DNA of 64,000 bases. Origin: an uncultured delta proteobacterium (GTDB lineage Bacteria; Desulfobacterota; Binatia; DP-6). The notes beneath the pieces were generated by a model. The model was not told the origin of the DNA. It made no database searches and saw only the letters and a list, made by a program, of their open reading frames with translations. Shown here piece by piece: positions 50,884 through 61,947 of the stretch. The translations under genes and the position numbers were made by a program. The stretch is from the NCBI GenBank assembly GCA_963815115.1, contig CAWFFN010000008.1, forward strand, positions 352,001 through 416,000. The letters run 5' to 3'. How positions within the stretch are numbered: position 1 is the stretch's first letter; every line of letters starts with the position of its first letter.

Positions 50884-51633
50884 TCACGCCATCATGCCGC
50901 CATCGACCGGCAAGGCTACACCAGTGACGTATGAAGCGTCATCCGAGACCAGGAACAGGGCGGCCCCGGCCACCTCCTCGGGGGTCCCGATGCGGCCGAT
51001 CGGGACCGCCTGCGCGAGATCCTCGGGGGCACGGCCGGCCACCTCGAGGAATCCGTGCAGCAACGGCGTGTCCGTGCTGCCCGGGCAGAGGCAGTTCACC
51101 CGGATGCCGTGAGGGCCCAGCTCGCGGGCCAGCGAACGCGTCAGCAGGACGACCCCGCCCTTGGAGGCGCAGTAGGCCTCGTTGCGCGCTTGACCCTGGA
51201 GCCCTGACTGGGATGCCGTGTTCAGAATCACGCCGCGGGGGCTGCGGCACAGGTGGGGTAGCGCGGCCCGGCACGCGAGGAAGACGGCGCGCAGGTTGGT
51301 GTCGTGGATGCGGTCCCACTCGGCCGGCTCGAGCTGCGCGAACGGAACGAAGTTCCCGCGCCCGGCGTTGTTGAAGAGGATGTCGAGGCCGCCGAAGCGC
51401 TCGACTGCGGTCCCGATCATGCGCTCGACGTCCCCCTCGAGACTGACATCGATGCGCAGGAACGCCGCCTCCCCGCCACGCTCGCGGATGCCGGCGGCGA
51501 CGGCCTCGCCGGCGGCGTCCAGATCGGCGACCAGCACCGATGCACCCTCGGCGGCGAAGCGGACGGCAGACGCGCGGCCGATCCCCGAGGCTGCCCCGGT
51601 GATCACCGCCACGCGCCCGGCGAGCCGCGTCAT
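50884..51633 (-). CDS. SDR family oxidoreductase
   Basis: TGAASGIG, NNAG, YCASK. Confidence 0.93.
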   Translation of the reverse strand: MTRLAGRVAVITGAASGIGRASAVRFAAEGASVLVADLDAAGEAVAAGIRERGGEAAFLRIDVSLEGDVERMIGTAVERFGGLDILFNNAGRGNFVPFAQLEPAEWDRIHDTNLRAVFLACRAALPHLCRSPRGVILNTASQSGLQGQARNEAYCASKGGVVLLTRSLARELGPHGIRVNCLCPGSTDTPLLHGFLEVAGRAPEDLAQAVPIGRIGTPEEVAGAALFLVSDDASYVTGVALPVDGGMMA

Positions 51634-52442
51634 GCCGGCAACCGATGCCGGGCGAGAAAGCGCAGCACCCGGTCCGCGAAGACCTTCGGCGTCTCGAGGA
51701 AGCAGCCGTGCCCGGTTGCCGGCAGCATCAGCACCTCGCTGCCGGCGAGCGAGGTGGAGACCGCGCGGGCGTAGCGCGGCGGCGTGAGGATGTCGTCCTC
51801 GCCGACCAGGACCAGCGTCGGGATCCGGAGGAGCGGAAGCAGGCCGAGGATGTCGTGGGCGAGGCAGGCGTCGACCTGCCGTTGATACGCCGCCACCGAG
51901 CGGAGCAGCGCGCCGCGCGCCCTCCTCGCCTCCTGGAAGGCCACCAGCTCGGGCGGAGGCGTCGGAAAGATCCGGTAGGTGAAGGCCCAGGGCATCTGCG
52001 CGGCAAGAAACTCCTCGGGAGCGAGGCGCTCGACCTGGAGACGCCACGAGGCCAGGATCGAGGCCAGGAAGCCGTCGGTGCGTCCCCAGGTGCACGCCAG
52101 CACGAGGGTGGCCACCCGCGTCGGCGCCTGGAGCGCCAGGTGCTGCGCGATGGCACCGCCCATCGATGCGCCCAGGACGTGAAAGCGCTCGATGCCGAGC
52201 TGATCCAGCACGCCGAGCGCGTCGGCGGCCATGTCGCCCAGGCCGTACGGGTTTGGCGCCTCGTCGCTCTCGCCCGCGTCGCGATTGTCGAGCAGCACCA
52301 GACGGTGGCGGCGTGCGAGCTCCCCGCGTGTCAGATCCCAGCCGTGGCGATCGCCGCCCAGCCCCATCAGCATCAGGAGCGGCTCGCCGGCTCCGTCGGT
52401 CTCGACGGCGAGCTCGAGCTCGCCCACGCGCAGCCGCGGCAT
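51630..52442 (-). CDS. Alpha/beta hydrolase
   Basis: GASMGG nucleophile elbow, GEDD, GH. Confidence 0.9.
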   Translation of the reverse strand: MPRLRVGELELAVETDGAGEPLLMLMGLGGDRHGWDLTRGELARRHRLVLLDNRDAGESDEAPNPYGLGDMAADALGVLDQLGIERFHVLGASMGGAIAQHLALQAPTRVATLVLACTWGRTDGFLASILASWRLQVERLAPEEFLAAQMPWAFTYRIFPTPPPELVAFQEARRARGALLRSVAAYQRQVDACLAHDILGLLPLLRIPTLVLVGEDDILTPPRYARAVSTSLAGSEVLMLPATGHGCFLETPKVFADRVLRFLARHRLPA

Positions 52443-52502
52443 GGCGCGGGAGTCTTGGCGCTGCCCCTCGCTCAAGTCAATCGCACGCGCTAGGCTCTGC
52501 GC

Positions 52503-53159
52503 ATGCACGAGAAGTTCCTCTCCCTCACTCCCGCGGTCTACGAGTATCTGGTCGCCCACTCGGCGCCGCCCGACGACGTCCTGCGCGATCTCGCGGACGA
52601 GACCGCGGCGCTCGGCCCGGTGAGCATGATGCAGGTCGCCGTCGAGCAAGGGGCGTTGCTCACCATGGTCGCGCGGCTCATCGGTGCGCGACGGATCGTC
52701 GAGGTCGGCACCTTCACCGGCTACAGCGCCATCTGCCTGGCGCGAGGACTTGGCGACGGCGGCCGCCTGCTCTGCTGCGACGTCAGCGCGGAGTGGACGG
52801 CAATCGCGCGCCGCTTCTGGGACCGTGCCGGCCTCGCCGACCGCATCGAGCTCCGTCTCGGTCCGGCACTCGACACGCTCCGCGCCCTGCCTCCGACGGC
52901 AGAGATCGACCTCGCCTTCATCGACGCCGACAAGCCCGGCTACATCGGCTACTACGAGGAGCTGCTGCCGCGCCTGCGCCCGAACGGGCTCCTGATCTTC
53001 GACAACGTGCTGTGGTCCGGTCTCGTCGCCGATGCGGCGGCCATCGACGACCAGACGCGCGCGCTGCGAGCCCTGAACGACCACGTCGCCGCCGATCCGC
53101 GGGTCGAGACGGTCATGCTCAGCGTCGCCGACGGCCTGCTGCTGGCGCGCAAGCGCTGA
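52503..53159 (+). CDS. O-methyltransferase (caffeoyl-CoA OMT type)
   Basis: EVGTFTGYS, FIDADK, DNVLWSG. Confidence 0.93.
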   Translation: MHEKFLSLTPAVYEYLVAHSAPPDDVLRDLADETAALGPVSMMQVAVEQGALLTMVARLIGARRIVEVGTFTGYSAICLARGLGDGGRLLCCDVSAEWTAIARRFWDRAGLADRIELRLGPALDTLRALPPTAEIDLAFIDADKPGYIGYYEELLPRLRPNGLLIFDNVLWSGLVADAAAIDDQTRALRALNDHVAADPRVETVMLSVADGLLLARKR

Positions 53160-53169
53160 CCGCGGCGCT

Positions 53170-54051
53170 TCACGGACCGACGCAGCTCTCGAGCGCGGCC
53201 GGAAGCTCGGGCTGACGCCAGCCGTAGCCGAGACGCTCGGCCACCCGGGGCAGCACGCGCTGGCCGCCGAGCAGCATCGTCGCCATCTCGCCCATGAGGA
53301 GCCGGAGCCCGAAGCCGGGCACCGGCAGCATGGCGGGCCGATGGAGCGCCCGCCCGAGCGCGTGCGTGAAGTCTCGATTGGTGACGGGGTTCGGCGAGGT
53401 CGCGTTCACCGGACCGCCGTACTCCTCGTTCGCCACCGCCTCGCGGAGCAGGCCGACCACGTCGTCGCGATGCACCCACGACATCCACTGCCGGCCACCG
53501 CCGAGCGGCCCGCCGAGCCCGGCGCGGAACGGCAGCAGCATCGCGGAGAGCGCGCCACCATCCGGAGCGAGCACGATGCCGAGGCGCAGGACGACGACCC
53601 GCAGACCGAGCGCCTGCGCACGCTGCGCTTCCGCCTCCCACTCGACGCACACACGGGCCAGGAAGCCGGCGCCGGGTGCCGCGGTCTCGTCGACGGCCTC
53701 GTCACCGCGCTCGCCGTAGAACCCGATGGCGGACGCGTTCACCAGCACCTTCGGGCGAGGCGTCGCGGCGGACACGGCGTCGACCAGTGCGCGCGTGGCC
53801 TCGACCCGGCTCGAGCGGATCGCGGCTTTGCGCGCGGCGGTCCAGCGGCCCCCGGCGATCGGCTCCCCGGCAAGGTTCACGACGGCGTCGGTCTCGGACA
53901 TCACCGTCCCCAGCGCGTCCCAGCCGACGGCGCGCGCTGGCACGCGCCCCGGGTCGCGGCTGACCACCGTCACCGTGTGACCTGCGGCGCGCAGCGCATC
54001 GCACGCTGCCTTGCCCACGAATCCCGTCCCGCCGGTCACCAGCACCCGCAT
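53170..54051 (-). CDS. TIGR01777 family epimerase/oxidoreductase
   Basis: TGGTGFVG, NLAGEPI...RW, GGPLGGGRQWMSWVH. Confidence 0.92.
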   Translation of the reverse strand: MRVLVTGGTGFVGKAACDALRAAGHTVTVVSRDPGRVPARAVGWDALGTVMSETDAVVNLAGEPIAGGRWTAARKAAIRSSRVEATRALVDAVSAATPRPKVLVNASAIGFYGERGDEAVDETAAPGAGFLARVCVEWEAEAQRAQALGLRVVVLRLGIVLAPDGGALSAMLLPFRAGLGGPLGGGRQWMSWVHRDDVVGLLREAVANEEYGGPVNATSPNPVTNRDFTHALGRALHRPAMLPVPGFGLRLLMGEMATMLLGGQRVLPRVAERLGYGWRQPELPAALESCVGP

Positions 54052-54149
54052 CGGGCGCCCCTAGCACGCAGGCGACACGGACCCAAGCGGTCGGCGCGCG
54101 GCGCGCTCACGCTTGCGAGGCGCGGCGCGCCTGTGTCAGACGAGCACGC

Positions 54150-55361
54150 ATGACCATGCCGCTCGACGGCATTCGCGTGATCGACTGGACGATCTGGCAG
54201 CAGGGCCCCGTGGCCTCGGTGATGCTCGGCGACCTCGGCGCCGAGGTCATCAAGGTCGAGGAGCGCGTCGGCGGCGACCCGGGACGCGGCGTGCTGCGCG
54301 CCCAGGGGATCGATCTGCGCGACCGGCCGAACTTCTACTTCGAAGCGAACAACCGCAACAAGAAGAGCCTCACGGTCGACCTGAAGCGTCCCGAGGGCGT
54401 CGAGATCGTGCGCCGGCTGGCGGACCGGGCCGACGTCTTCGTCCAGAACTTCCGTCAGGGCGTCGCGGCCAGGCTCGGGCTCGACGCACCCACGCTCCGC
54501 GCGCGCAATCCACGGCTCGTCTACGCCAGCGCCAGCGGCTACGGTCCCGAGGGCCCGGAGAGCGCCGCGCCGTCCTTCGACTATCTCGGGCTGGCCCGCT
54601 CGGGGATCATGCTCTCGGCCGGAGAGCCGGACGATCCGCCGCTCGCCATCGCGGGCGGCATCGCCGATCAGATGGGCGCGGTGATGCTCGCCTACGGCGT
54701 GCTCGCCGCCCTCCTTGCCCGCGCGCGCACGGGTCGTGGGCAAGAGGTCGACGCCTCGCACCTCGGCTCCATGGCGTGGCTGCAGGGACTCGGGCTGTCG
54801 GGCCGCCTGATGCTGGGACGAGCGCTGCCGCGCGTCCCCCGTGCCTTCGCGACCAACCCGCTGTGGAACCACTACCGCTGCGCCGACGACGCCTGGATCG
54901 CGCTCTCCATGCTGCAGGCCGACCGCTACTGGGCATCGTTCTGCGAGGTGCTGGGCATCTCCTGGGCGGCGACCGACGAGCGTTTCGCCACCATGCTGGC
55001 TCGCATGGGCAACTGCGGCGAGTGCGTCGCGCTGCTCGACGAGACGTTCGCCACCAGACCACGCGACGAGTGGCTCCGCCTGCTCGCCGAGGGCGGCGAC
55101 TTCATCGTCGGCATCGTCAACTCCGTCGACCAGCTCCCCGACGATCCGCAGGTGCAGGCGAACGGCTACGTCACCACCTTCGAGCATCCGACGTTCGGTC
55201 CCACCAGGGTCGTCGGCCTTCCCATCCGCCTGAGCGACACGCCCGGCAGCGTCCGCCTGCCCGCGCCCGAGTTCGGACAGCACACCGAGGAGATCCTCGT
55301 CGGCTTGCTCGGCTACACGTGGGACGAGGTGGCGGAGCTGAAGGACGCCGAGGTGATCTGA
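54150..55361 (+). CDS. CaiB/BaiF family CoA transferase
   Basis: GDLGAEVIKVE, NRNKKSLTVDLK, QNFRQG, PEFGQHTEEIL. Confidence 0.93.
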   Translation: MTMPLDGIRVIDWTIWQQGPVASVMLGDLGAEVIKVEERVGGDPGRGVLRAQGIDLRDRPNFYFEANNRNKKSLTVDLKRPEGVEIVRRLADRADVFVQNFRQGVAARLGLDAPTLRARNPRLVYASASGYGPEGPESAAPSFDYLGLARSGIMLSAGEPDDPPLAIAGGIADQMGAVMLAYGVLAALLARARTGRGQEVDASHLGSMAWLQGLGLSGRLMLGRALPRVPRAFATNPLWNHYRCADDAWIALSMLQADRYWASFCEVLGISWAATDERFATMLARMGNCGECVALLDETFATRPRDEWLRLLAEGGDFIVGIVNSVDQLPDDPQVQANGYVTTFEHPTFGPTRVVGLPIRLSDTPGSVRLPAPEFGQHTEEILVGLLGYTWDEVAELKDAEVI

Positions 55362-56798
55362 GTGCCCCGCCGTCGGCGGCGAGCGGCGGCGCCGTCCGTC
55401 GCGGCGCCGTGCATCGCAGCCCTGCTGGCGTGGGCGGCGGCAGCCCACGCCCAGCCCTCCGTGATGCTCGTCGTGCTCGATACCGTGCGCGCCGACGCCG
55501 TCTCGGCGTACGCCCGGATCGACGGCACGACGCCCACGGTGGACCGCCTCGCGGCGGGAGGGCTGCGCTACGCCCACGCGTACAGCCAGGCCAACTGGAC
55601 GGTGCCGTCACACGCGGCGCTGTTCACCGGCCTGCTGCCGAGCACCACCGGCATGGGATACGTCGGCGCACCACTGCCATCCCGCTTCCGGACGCTCGCC
55701 GAGGTCCTCGCTGCGGGAGGTTACGAGACGGTCGGGTTCTGCGAGAATCCCTGGTTCGGCGACGAGACCGCGCTGGCGCGAGGCTTCCAGCGCTTCACGG
55801 AGCTCGACCGGGCCCGCGAGAACGACATGCCCGCGTCGGTGGCGCGATGGGCTCGCGAGCGTGATCGGAGCCGGCCGTTCTTCCTCTTCCTGAACATCAT
55901 GGACGCGCACGAGCGCTATCCCGTGCGTGCCGACAATCCCTGGCTCCCGCCGTGGATCTCCCTCGAGGAGGCGAACTACGCGGCCGACCACGTCGGCGAT
56001 CTGCGCTGCGCCACGGACGGCCGCTTCGCCGAGCTCGATCTGCTGCGGCGGCTCTACTGGCAGGGCGTGCAGCTGGCCGATGCGAAGCTCGGCCGCGTGC
56101 TCGACGCCATGGCAGCCGCGGGGCTGCGCGACGGGCTCCGCATCGTCGTCGTGGCGGATCACGGCGAGCACTTCGGCGAGCAACGTCAGGTCCTCCACGA
56201 CATCGGCGTCGGCGAGGCGTTGATCCACGTTCCCCTCGTGATCAACGGACTCCCCGGCGTGGCGCCGGCGGTGATCGAGGCGCCGGTGGCCCTCGCCGAT
56301 CTCTATCCCACGGTGCTCGGCTGGGCCGGCCTGTCCGGACCATCGTATTCCCTGGTGGGGCGCCCCCTTCCGACGTCGCCCGACCAGGCGACGGGCGCCC
56401 GGCGTCTGGTCGCCGAGTTCCGCGACGCGGTTCCCGGGGTCGGGTTCCTGCGATCCTTCGAGAGCCTCACCCCGGGCGCCATCCTGGTCGACAGCATCAT
56501 GGCCCAGCTCCGCGCGTTCTGCACCCCCGACGACCGCGCCAGTGGGGATCAGACCGCGGTCATCGAGTGGCCGCACAAGCTCATCTGGTATCAGAACTTC
56601 CCGCCACAGCTCTTCGACCTCGCACAGGATCCCGGCCAGACCGTCGACCTCTCCGGTCGCCAGCCCGACACCGTGCGGGCGCTCCTCGCCGGCGTGCCGC
56701 GCGAAGCGGACGAGCTGCACAACCGCGAGACGGTGCCGGCGGAGGTCGAGCGCGAGCGAGCGGATCGCCTCCGCGCCCTCGGCTACCTCGTCAGGTAG
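55362..56798 (+). CDS. Sulfatase-like hydrolase/transferase
   Basis: LDTVRAD, WTVPSHAALFTG, ADHGE, HVPL, LRALGY. Confidence 0.88.
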   Translation: MPRRRRRAAAPSVAAPCIAALLAWAAAAHAQPSVMLVVLDTVRADAVSAYARIDGTTPTVDRLAAGGLRYAHAYSQANWTVPSHAALFTGLLPSTTGMGYVGAPLPSRFRTLAEVLAAGGYETVGFCENPWFGDETALARGFQRFTELDRARENDMPASVARWARERDRSRPFFLFLNIMDAHERYPVRADNPWLPPWISLEEANYAADHVGDLRCATDGRFAELDLLRRLYWQGVQLADAKLGRVLDAMAAAGLRDGLRIVVVADHGEHFGEQRQVLHDIGVGEALIHVPLVINGLPGVAPAVIEAPVALADLYPTVLGWAGLSGPSYSLVGRPLPTSPDQATGARRLVAEFRDAVPGVGFLRSFESLTPGAILVDSIMAQLRAFCTPDDRASGDQTAVIEWPHKLIWYQNFPPQLFDLAQDPGQTVDLSGRQPDTVRALLAGVPREADELHNRETVPAEVERERADRLRALGYLVR

Positions 56799-57898
56799 CG
56801 GCGGGGCTTTCCTCCGACACGATCCGCTCCACCGCCGCGAGACGATGGGTCAAGGTCGCCGGGTCGTCGCAGCGCACCGTGACGTGCCCGACCTTGCGTC
56901 CCGCGCGCGGCGCCTTGCCGTAGAGGTGCAGGTGCGCCCCGGCGATGGCGAGGATCCTCGCCGGGTCCGGCCACCCTCCGATCAGGTTGACCATGCCCGA
57001 GACCCCCAGCGGGGCAACCGATCCCAGGGGCGCTCCGGTGATGGCGCGCACGTGGTTCTCGAACTGGCTCGTCTCGGCACCCTCGATGGTCCAGTGCCCG
57101 GAGTTGTGGACGCGAGGGGCCAGCTCGTTGGCGAGGAGCCCGCCGCCGACCTCGAACAGCTCGAGTGCCAGCACGCCGACGTAGTCCAGATGCCCGAGTA
57201 GCCGGCCCACGAGCGACCCCGCCGCGGCCTGGAGCGCGTCGGTCACGCGCGGCGCCGGAGCGATCGAGCGCCGCAGGATGCCGCCCTCGGTGTAGGTTCT
57301 CGACCAGCGGATACACGGCGACGGTCCCGTCGCGGCCGCGCACGGCAAGGCAGGACAGCTCGCGAGCGAAGCGGACGAAGCCCTCGAGCAGACAGGGCGC
57401 GTTGCCCAGCGCCGCCCATGCGGTCGCGACCTCCTCCGGGCCGCGCACCACGCGCTGACCCTTGCCGTCGTAGCCCAGGCGGCGGGTCTTCAGGACCGCC
57501 GGCATGGCCACCGACTCGACGGCCGCGGCGAGGGTCCCGGTCGAGTCGATCGGGGCGAACGGCGCGGTCGGGATCCCGAGGCTCCCGAACAACGTCTTCT
57601 CGTGGAGCCGGTCCTGCGAAACCTCGAGCGCCGCCGGCGACGGATACACCGGCACCTGCGCGGCGAGCGTCCGGGCCGCTGCCGCGGGCACGTTCTCGAA
57701 CTCGTAGGTGACGAGGTCGACCCGCGAGACGAGCTCGGCGAGCGCGCGCGGATCGTCGGGCTGCGCGACGAGATGGCTCCCGAGGTCGCCGAGCGCTTCC
57801 GGGGCGGGATCGAGGAAGACGAATCCGTGGCCCAGCGGATACCCGGCGAGTGCCAGCATGCGCCCCAGCTGGCCCCCGCCGAGGACGCCGATGTTCAC
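56791..57898 (-). CDS. purK: N5-CAIR synthetase; frameshift near 57285
   Basis: [23 protein letters not shown], then [12 protein letters not shown] and GRKVGH in the next frame; removing one G gives ENLHRGGIL. Confidence 0.92.
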
Positions 57899-58386
57899 GC
57901 CTTCCTCGGATCCGGATCCGCCAGCACGGCCGCCGTCTGCGTCGAGCGAAAGCGGCGCAGCGCCTCGCGGATCTCCGGGTGCCTGCCGCCCAGGATCGCG
58001 GCCGCCAGGAGGGCGGCGTTCACCGCCCCGGCGCGTCCGATGGCGAGCGTCCCGACCGGCACGCCGCCCGGCATCTGCACGATGGAGAGCAGCGAGTCGA
58101 TGCCTTTCAACGCGGCCGATTCGACCGGCACGCCCAGCACCGGCAGCACCGTCTTCGCCGCCGCCATGCCCGGCAGGTGCGCGGCGCCTCCCGCGCCGGC
58201 GATCAGGACCTCGAGACCTCGCGACTCGGCGCCGCCGGCGTACTCGAACAGCAGGTCGGGAGTGCGATGGGCCGAGACCACCCGCACCTCGTGCGGCACG
58301 CCGAGCTGCTCGAGGGTGTCGGCGGCATGGCGCAGCGTCTCCCAGTCGGACCGGGAGCCCATGATGATGCCGACCAGGGGCTGCAT
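57895..58386 (-). CDS. purE: N5-CAIR mutase
   Basis: [36 protein letters not shown]. Confidence 0.97.
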   Translation of the reverse strand: MQPLVGIIMGSRSDWETLRHAADTLEQLGVPHEVRVVSAHRTPDLLFEYAGGAESRGLEVLIAGAGGAAHLPGMAAAKTVLPVLGVPVESAALKGIDSLLSIVQMPGGVPVGTLAIGRAGAVNAALLAAAILGGRHPEIREALRRFRSTQTAAVLADPDPRKA

Positions 58387-59153
58387 CAGCCGAGCATCAC
58401 CAAACCGCCGTCGACCGGGATCACCTGCCCGGTCACCATCCTGGAATCGTCGGACGCGAGCCACACCGCGGTGCCCGTCAGGTCGTCGGGCTCGAGCGCG
58501 CGGTGAATCGCCATCTGCATGTCGATGATGTACTGCAGGTACTGCTCCGGCACGCCCTGCTTCGTCGCCTCGGTCATCGTCGGGCCGGGCGCGATGGCGT
58601 TCACGCGGATGTTCTGGCGGCCGACGGTGCCGGCCATGAAGTGCGTCATGGCGTTGATCGCCGCCTTCGTGACGCTGTAGTGGAACGACGGCAGCTGCTC
58701 GTCGATCACGGGATACTCCGGGTGCATCCAGGCTGCCGACGACGACTGGTTGATCACCGAGCCGCCTCCGCTCCGGGCCATGAACGGGAAGACCGCCCGC
58801 GACATGAGCCAGGTGCCGAAGTAGTTCACGTCGAAGATCTTCTTCAAATACGCGAACGACGTGTCGAAGTTGTCGATGCCGTAGAAGATGGCGGCGTTGT
58901 TGAGGAGCACGTCGACCTTCCCGGCACGCTCGAAGACCGCCTGCGCCATCCGCCTGGTGTCGTCCTCGCTCGACACGTCGACGCGTTCGAACACCGCGCC
59001 GCCGCCGATCGAGCGCGCCACCGCCTCGCCTTTCTCGGCGTTCACGTCGGCAACCACCACCGTGGCGCCTTCCCGCGCGAACCTGTGGGCGTAGGCCTCG
59101 CCGATGCCCTGACCTGCGCCCGTGATGATGGCCACTTTCCCCTCGAGTCGCAT
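58386..59153 (-). CDS. SDR family oxidoreductase
   Basis: [17 protein letters not shown]. Confidence 0.92.
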   Translation of the reverse strand: MRLEGKVAIITGAGQGIGEAYAHRFAREGATVVVADVNAEKGEAVARSIGGGAVFERVDVSSEDDTRRMAQAVFERAGKVDVLLNNAAIFYGIDNFDTSFAYLKKIFDVNYFGTWLMSRAVFPFMARSGGGSVINQSSSAAWMHPEYPVIDEQLPSFHYSVTKAAINAMTHFMAGTVGRQNIRVNAIAPGPTMTEATKQGVPEQYLQYIIDMQMAIHRALEPDDLTGTAVWLASDDSRMVTGQVIPVDGGLVMLG

Positions 59154-59172
59154 GCGGGGGTGTGTAGCGCGT

Positions 59173-60024
59173 TCAGGCCAGGCCGTCGAGGAAGCGGCGC
59201 AACGCGGCTCCGGTCTCGACCGGTTTCGCGACGAGAAAATGATGGCCACCGGGAAACACCTCGATCGTCGTGCCGGGACGCGCGGCGGCGATCCGTCCTC
59301 GCTCCGCCTCGTCGAGCACCCAGCTGCTCGCGCCGGCAGCGATGAGGACCGGGCAGCGCAGCGCGGCGAGCAGTCCCGAGATGTCGCCGCCCCCGTCGCC
59401 ATCGAGCGAGAGCACCGCGCGATCGAAGCGGAAGGTCCACTCGCCGGGCGCCCGCTCGCGCACCGCGTGCTCGGCGAGCAGCGCCACGATGTCCGGCGCG
59501 ACTCCGGACTCCTCGGGCACGAAGCGGAAGGCGGCGAGCGCCGCCGCGCGCCCGGCATAGCCGCGGCCGTCGCGCTGCCCGGTGACGCGGCCGCGCCAGC
59601 GCGCGGCCAGCGCGGGATCGACGTCGCCGAGCCGACTGTCGAGCAAGGCGAGGCCGCGCACGTTCGACGGCTGGCGCGCCGCATGGCCGAGGGCGACGCG
59701 ACCGCCCATCGAGTGGCCGACGAGCGCCACCGGTCCCGGCGCCAGGGCGTGACGGACCGCGGTCAGATCGTCGGCAAAATCCTCGAGCCCGTACGCCGGC
59801 GGCTCGGCCCAGTCGCTCTCGCCATGACCGCGCAGGTCGGGCGCAACGAGACGCCACCCCGGAACCAGCGCCGGCACCAGCGGCGTCCACCAGTGCGCGT
59901 GGCCCCCGTTGCCGTGCACGAGCAGCGCGGTGGGATCACCGTCCCGTCCCCAGACGAGGCAGCGCAGCCGGACCGCCCCCGTCCGTACCACGACCGACTC
60001 GGGCTGCGGAAAGGTCAGCTCCAC
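59173..60024 (-). CDS. Alpha/beta hydrolase
   Basis: VHG, DLRGHGES, GHSMGG. Confidence 0.9.
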   Translation of the reverse strand: MELTFPQPESVVVRTGAVRLRCLVWGRDGDPTALLVHGNGGHAHWWTPLVPALVPGWRLVAPDLRGHGESDWAEPPAYGLEDFADDLTAVRHALAPGPVALVGHSMGGRVALGHAARQPSNVRGLALLDSRLGDVDPALAARWRGRVTGQRDGRGYAGRAAALAAFRFVPEESGVAPDIVALLAEHAVRERAPGEWTFRFDRAVLSLDGDGGGDISGLLAALRCPVLIAAGASSWVLDEAERGRIAAARPGTTIEVFPGGHHFLVAKPVETGAALRRFLDGLA

Positions 60025-60800
60025 AGCTCCCGGAAGCGCTCGAGGGCGCGCGGCACCACCGATTCGTATCCTTCCGCCTCGATCGCGGAGCCCAGCAGCT
60101 CGATGTCCCACCAGCCCTCGTACCCGGCATCGGCCAGCGCGCCGCAGATGCGGCGGAGCGGGATGTCCCCATCTCCCATGACGACGCGCTCGCTCGCCGC
60201 CAGCGTGCCGACCTTGAAGTCGCTCACCTGCACGATGGCGATGCGGTCCCGCCGGCGGTGCAGGTTGTCGTACAGTCCGCGCTCGATCCACGCGTTGTTC
60301 AGCTCGAGCACCACGCCGAGCCACGGCGACGGCGTGCCGTCGGCAAAATCGAGCGCCTCCGCGAAGGAGTGCAGGAATCCGAGATCCATCCGGAGCTGGC
60401 TCACGGGCTCGAGCGCGAGCCGCACCCCGAGGCGCTCCGCGTCGCCGAGAAGTTCCTCGAGCAGGGGACGCGACCTGGCCGCCGACTCCTCCCAGGAGAG
60501 CCCGGACGCGTGCCCGGGCAGGACGAGGAGGCAGCTCGCCCCGATCTCCGCGGCGACGGCCAGGTGATCCCGCGTCCGCACGACCGCATCCGCCGCGCCG
60601 CGCGCGTCCTCGAGCGGGAAGAACCCCGAGGAGGTCAGGCACGACGCGGCGAGGCCGGCCTCACGCAGGAGCCTGGCGCCGAGCGTGACCCCGTAGGTCT
60701 CGAGCTTCCGGATCGACACCCCGACTGCCGCGATGCCGTGCCCGGCGAAGAAGGCCACGTCGCGCTCGAAGGGCCAGCCGAAGGTGGTGATCTGGCTCAT
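60015..60800 (-). CDS. Sugar phosphate isomerase/epimerase (TIM barrel)
   Basis: LALEP, QVSD, GDGDIPL, GYEGWWDIE. Confidence 0.85.
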   Translation of the reverse strand: MSQITTFGWPFERDVAFFAGHGIAAVGVSIRKLETYGVTLGARLLREAGLAASCLTSSGFFPLEDARGAADAVVRTRDHLAVAAEIGASCLLVLPGHASGLSWEESAARSRPLLEELLGDAERLGVRLALEPVSQLRMDLGFLHSFAEALDFADGTPSPWLGVVLELNNAWIERGLYDNLHRRRDRIAIVQVSDFKVGTLAASERVVMGDGDIPLRRICGALADAGYEGWWDIELLGSAIEAEGYESVVPRALERFRELWS

Positions 60801-60841
60801 GGACACCCGCGGGGTCACTGGCGCCTCGAAAATGGCCTGGT

Positions 60842-61162
60842 ATGAGGGCTGACAGTCGGGTACTTCTCCCGGCAGGCATGCAAGATCGCGTGGCAAAGCC
60901 GACCGTGAGTCGAAGTCATCGGGCCGAGGCAGCTCGCTCCGACGCGCGCTGGCTCCTCGCCTGGATAGGGGTGTTTGCGGGGTCGATGCTGCTCATCGTC
61001 GTCGCCCATCAGGTCTACCGACTCACCGGCCCGCACCCGCAGATGACGGCGTTCATTCGCCAGCTGAAGCATCATTCACGCTGGCTCATTCCCGGGATGA
61101 AGGGCAAGCGGGCGAGCACCTTCCTGCTGCCCATGCCCCGGCTGCCGATCGAGCCGCACTAG
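60842..61162 (+). CDS. Small membrane hypothetical protein
   Basis: One hydrophobic segment WLLAWIGVFAGSMLLIVVA. Confidence 0.45.
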   Translation: MRADSRVLLPAGMQDRVAKPTVSRSHRAEAARSDARWLLAWIGVFAGSMLLIVVAHQVYRLTGPHPQMTAFIRQLKHHSRWLIPGMKGKRASTFLLPMPRLPIEPH

Positions 61163-61197
61163 CGAGCCCACTGGCCGGCGAGGCTCACCGGCGAGCC

Positions 61198-61842
61198 TCA
61201 CTGCCGGCCGTCCCGCTGGAGCGGGCACGAGGCACAGCGCGCGAACGCCTCGTCGGGCCGCCGTGGCGCCCGGCAGCCCGCCTCCTCCAGCAACCGGAGC
61301 GCCGTCCACAGCGGCAGCCCCATGACGTTGCACCAGCACCCGTCGATGGACTCGACGGGCCGGAAGGGGACGTCCTGAATGCCGTAGGCGCCCGCCTTGT
61401 CCCGTCCGCCACCTCCGGCGACGTAGGCCTCGATCTCCGCTGCGGTGTAGTCACGCATGCGCACGACGCTGTGGCAGGCGGCGCGACGCTCGTTCCCCGG
61501 CGCGCGGACCACGACGCCGGTGATGACCTCGTGGTCGCGCCCGCCCAGCGACGCGAGCATGCGACGCGCCCTCTCTGCCGACTGCGGCTTGCCGAAGACG
61601 GCGCCGTCGAGGACCACGATGGTGTCCGCGGCCAGCACCACGGCGTCGCCCCGAGCCGTGGCCGCCGCTTTCGCCGCCGCGACGACCAGCGCGGACGCCT
61701 CGGGCGCCCGTCCAGCTGCCAGCGCCTCCTCGTCGAGGTCGGCCGGCGCGAGGTCGAAGCTGACCCCCACGGCGCCGAGCAACTCGCGGCGCCTGGGCGA
61801 GGCAGACGCGAGGACGATGCTCCGGGGGGCGGTCGTCGGCAT
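61198..61842 (-). CDS. maf: Maf family nucleoside triphosphate pyrophosphatase
   Basis: LASASPRRRELL, ADTIV, DKAGAYGIQ, NVMGLP. Confidence 0.95.
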   Translation of the reverse strand: MPTTAPRSIVLASASPRRRELLGAVGVSFDLAPADLDEEALAAGRAPEASALVVAAAKAAATARGDAVVLAADTIVVLDGAVFGKPQSAERARRMLASLGGRDHEVITGVVVRAPGNERRAACHSVVRMRDYTAAEIEAYVAGGGGRDKAGAYGIQDVPFRPVESIDGCWCNVMGLPLWTALRLLEEAGCRAPRRPDEAFARCASCPLQRDGRQ

Positions 61843-61947
61843 GCGCGTCCTCTATAACGACGCCGGTCCGGCCGCGCGCAACCCGCGCTGTTCTCGCTTG
61901 CCGGCGCGCAATCACCCCGGTAGCGTCCCGGCGGCCCGTACAGACCC

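Noticed and set aside
56783-57898. Programmed frameshift or true pseudogene in purK
   Set aside because: No slippery heptamer; a one-base homopolymer error is simpler and matches the other indels in the window
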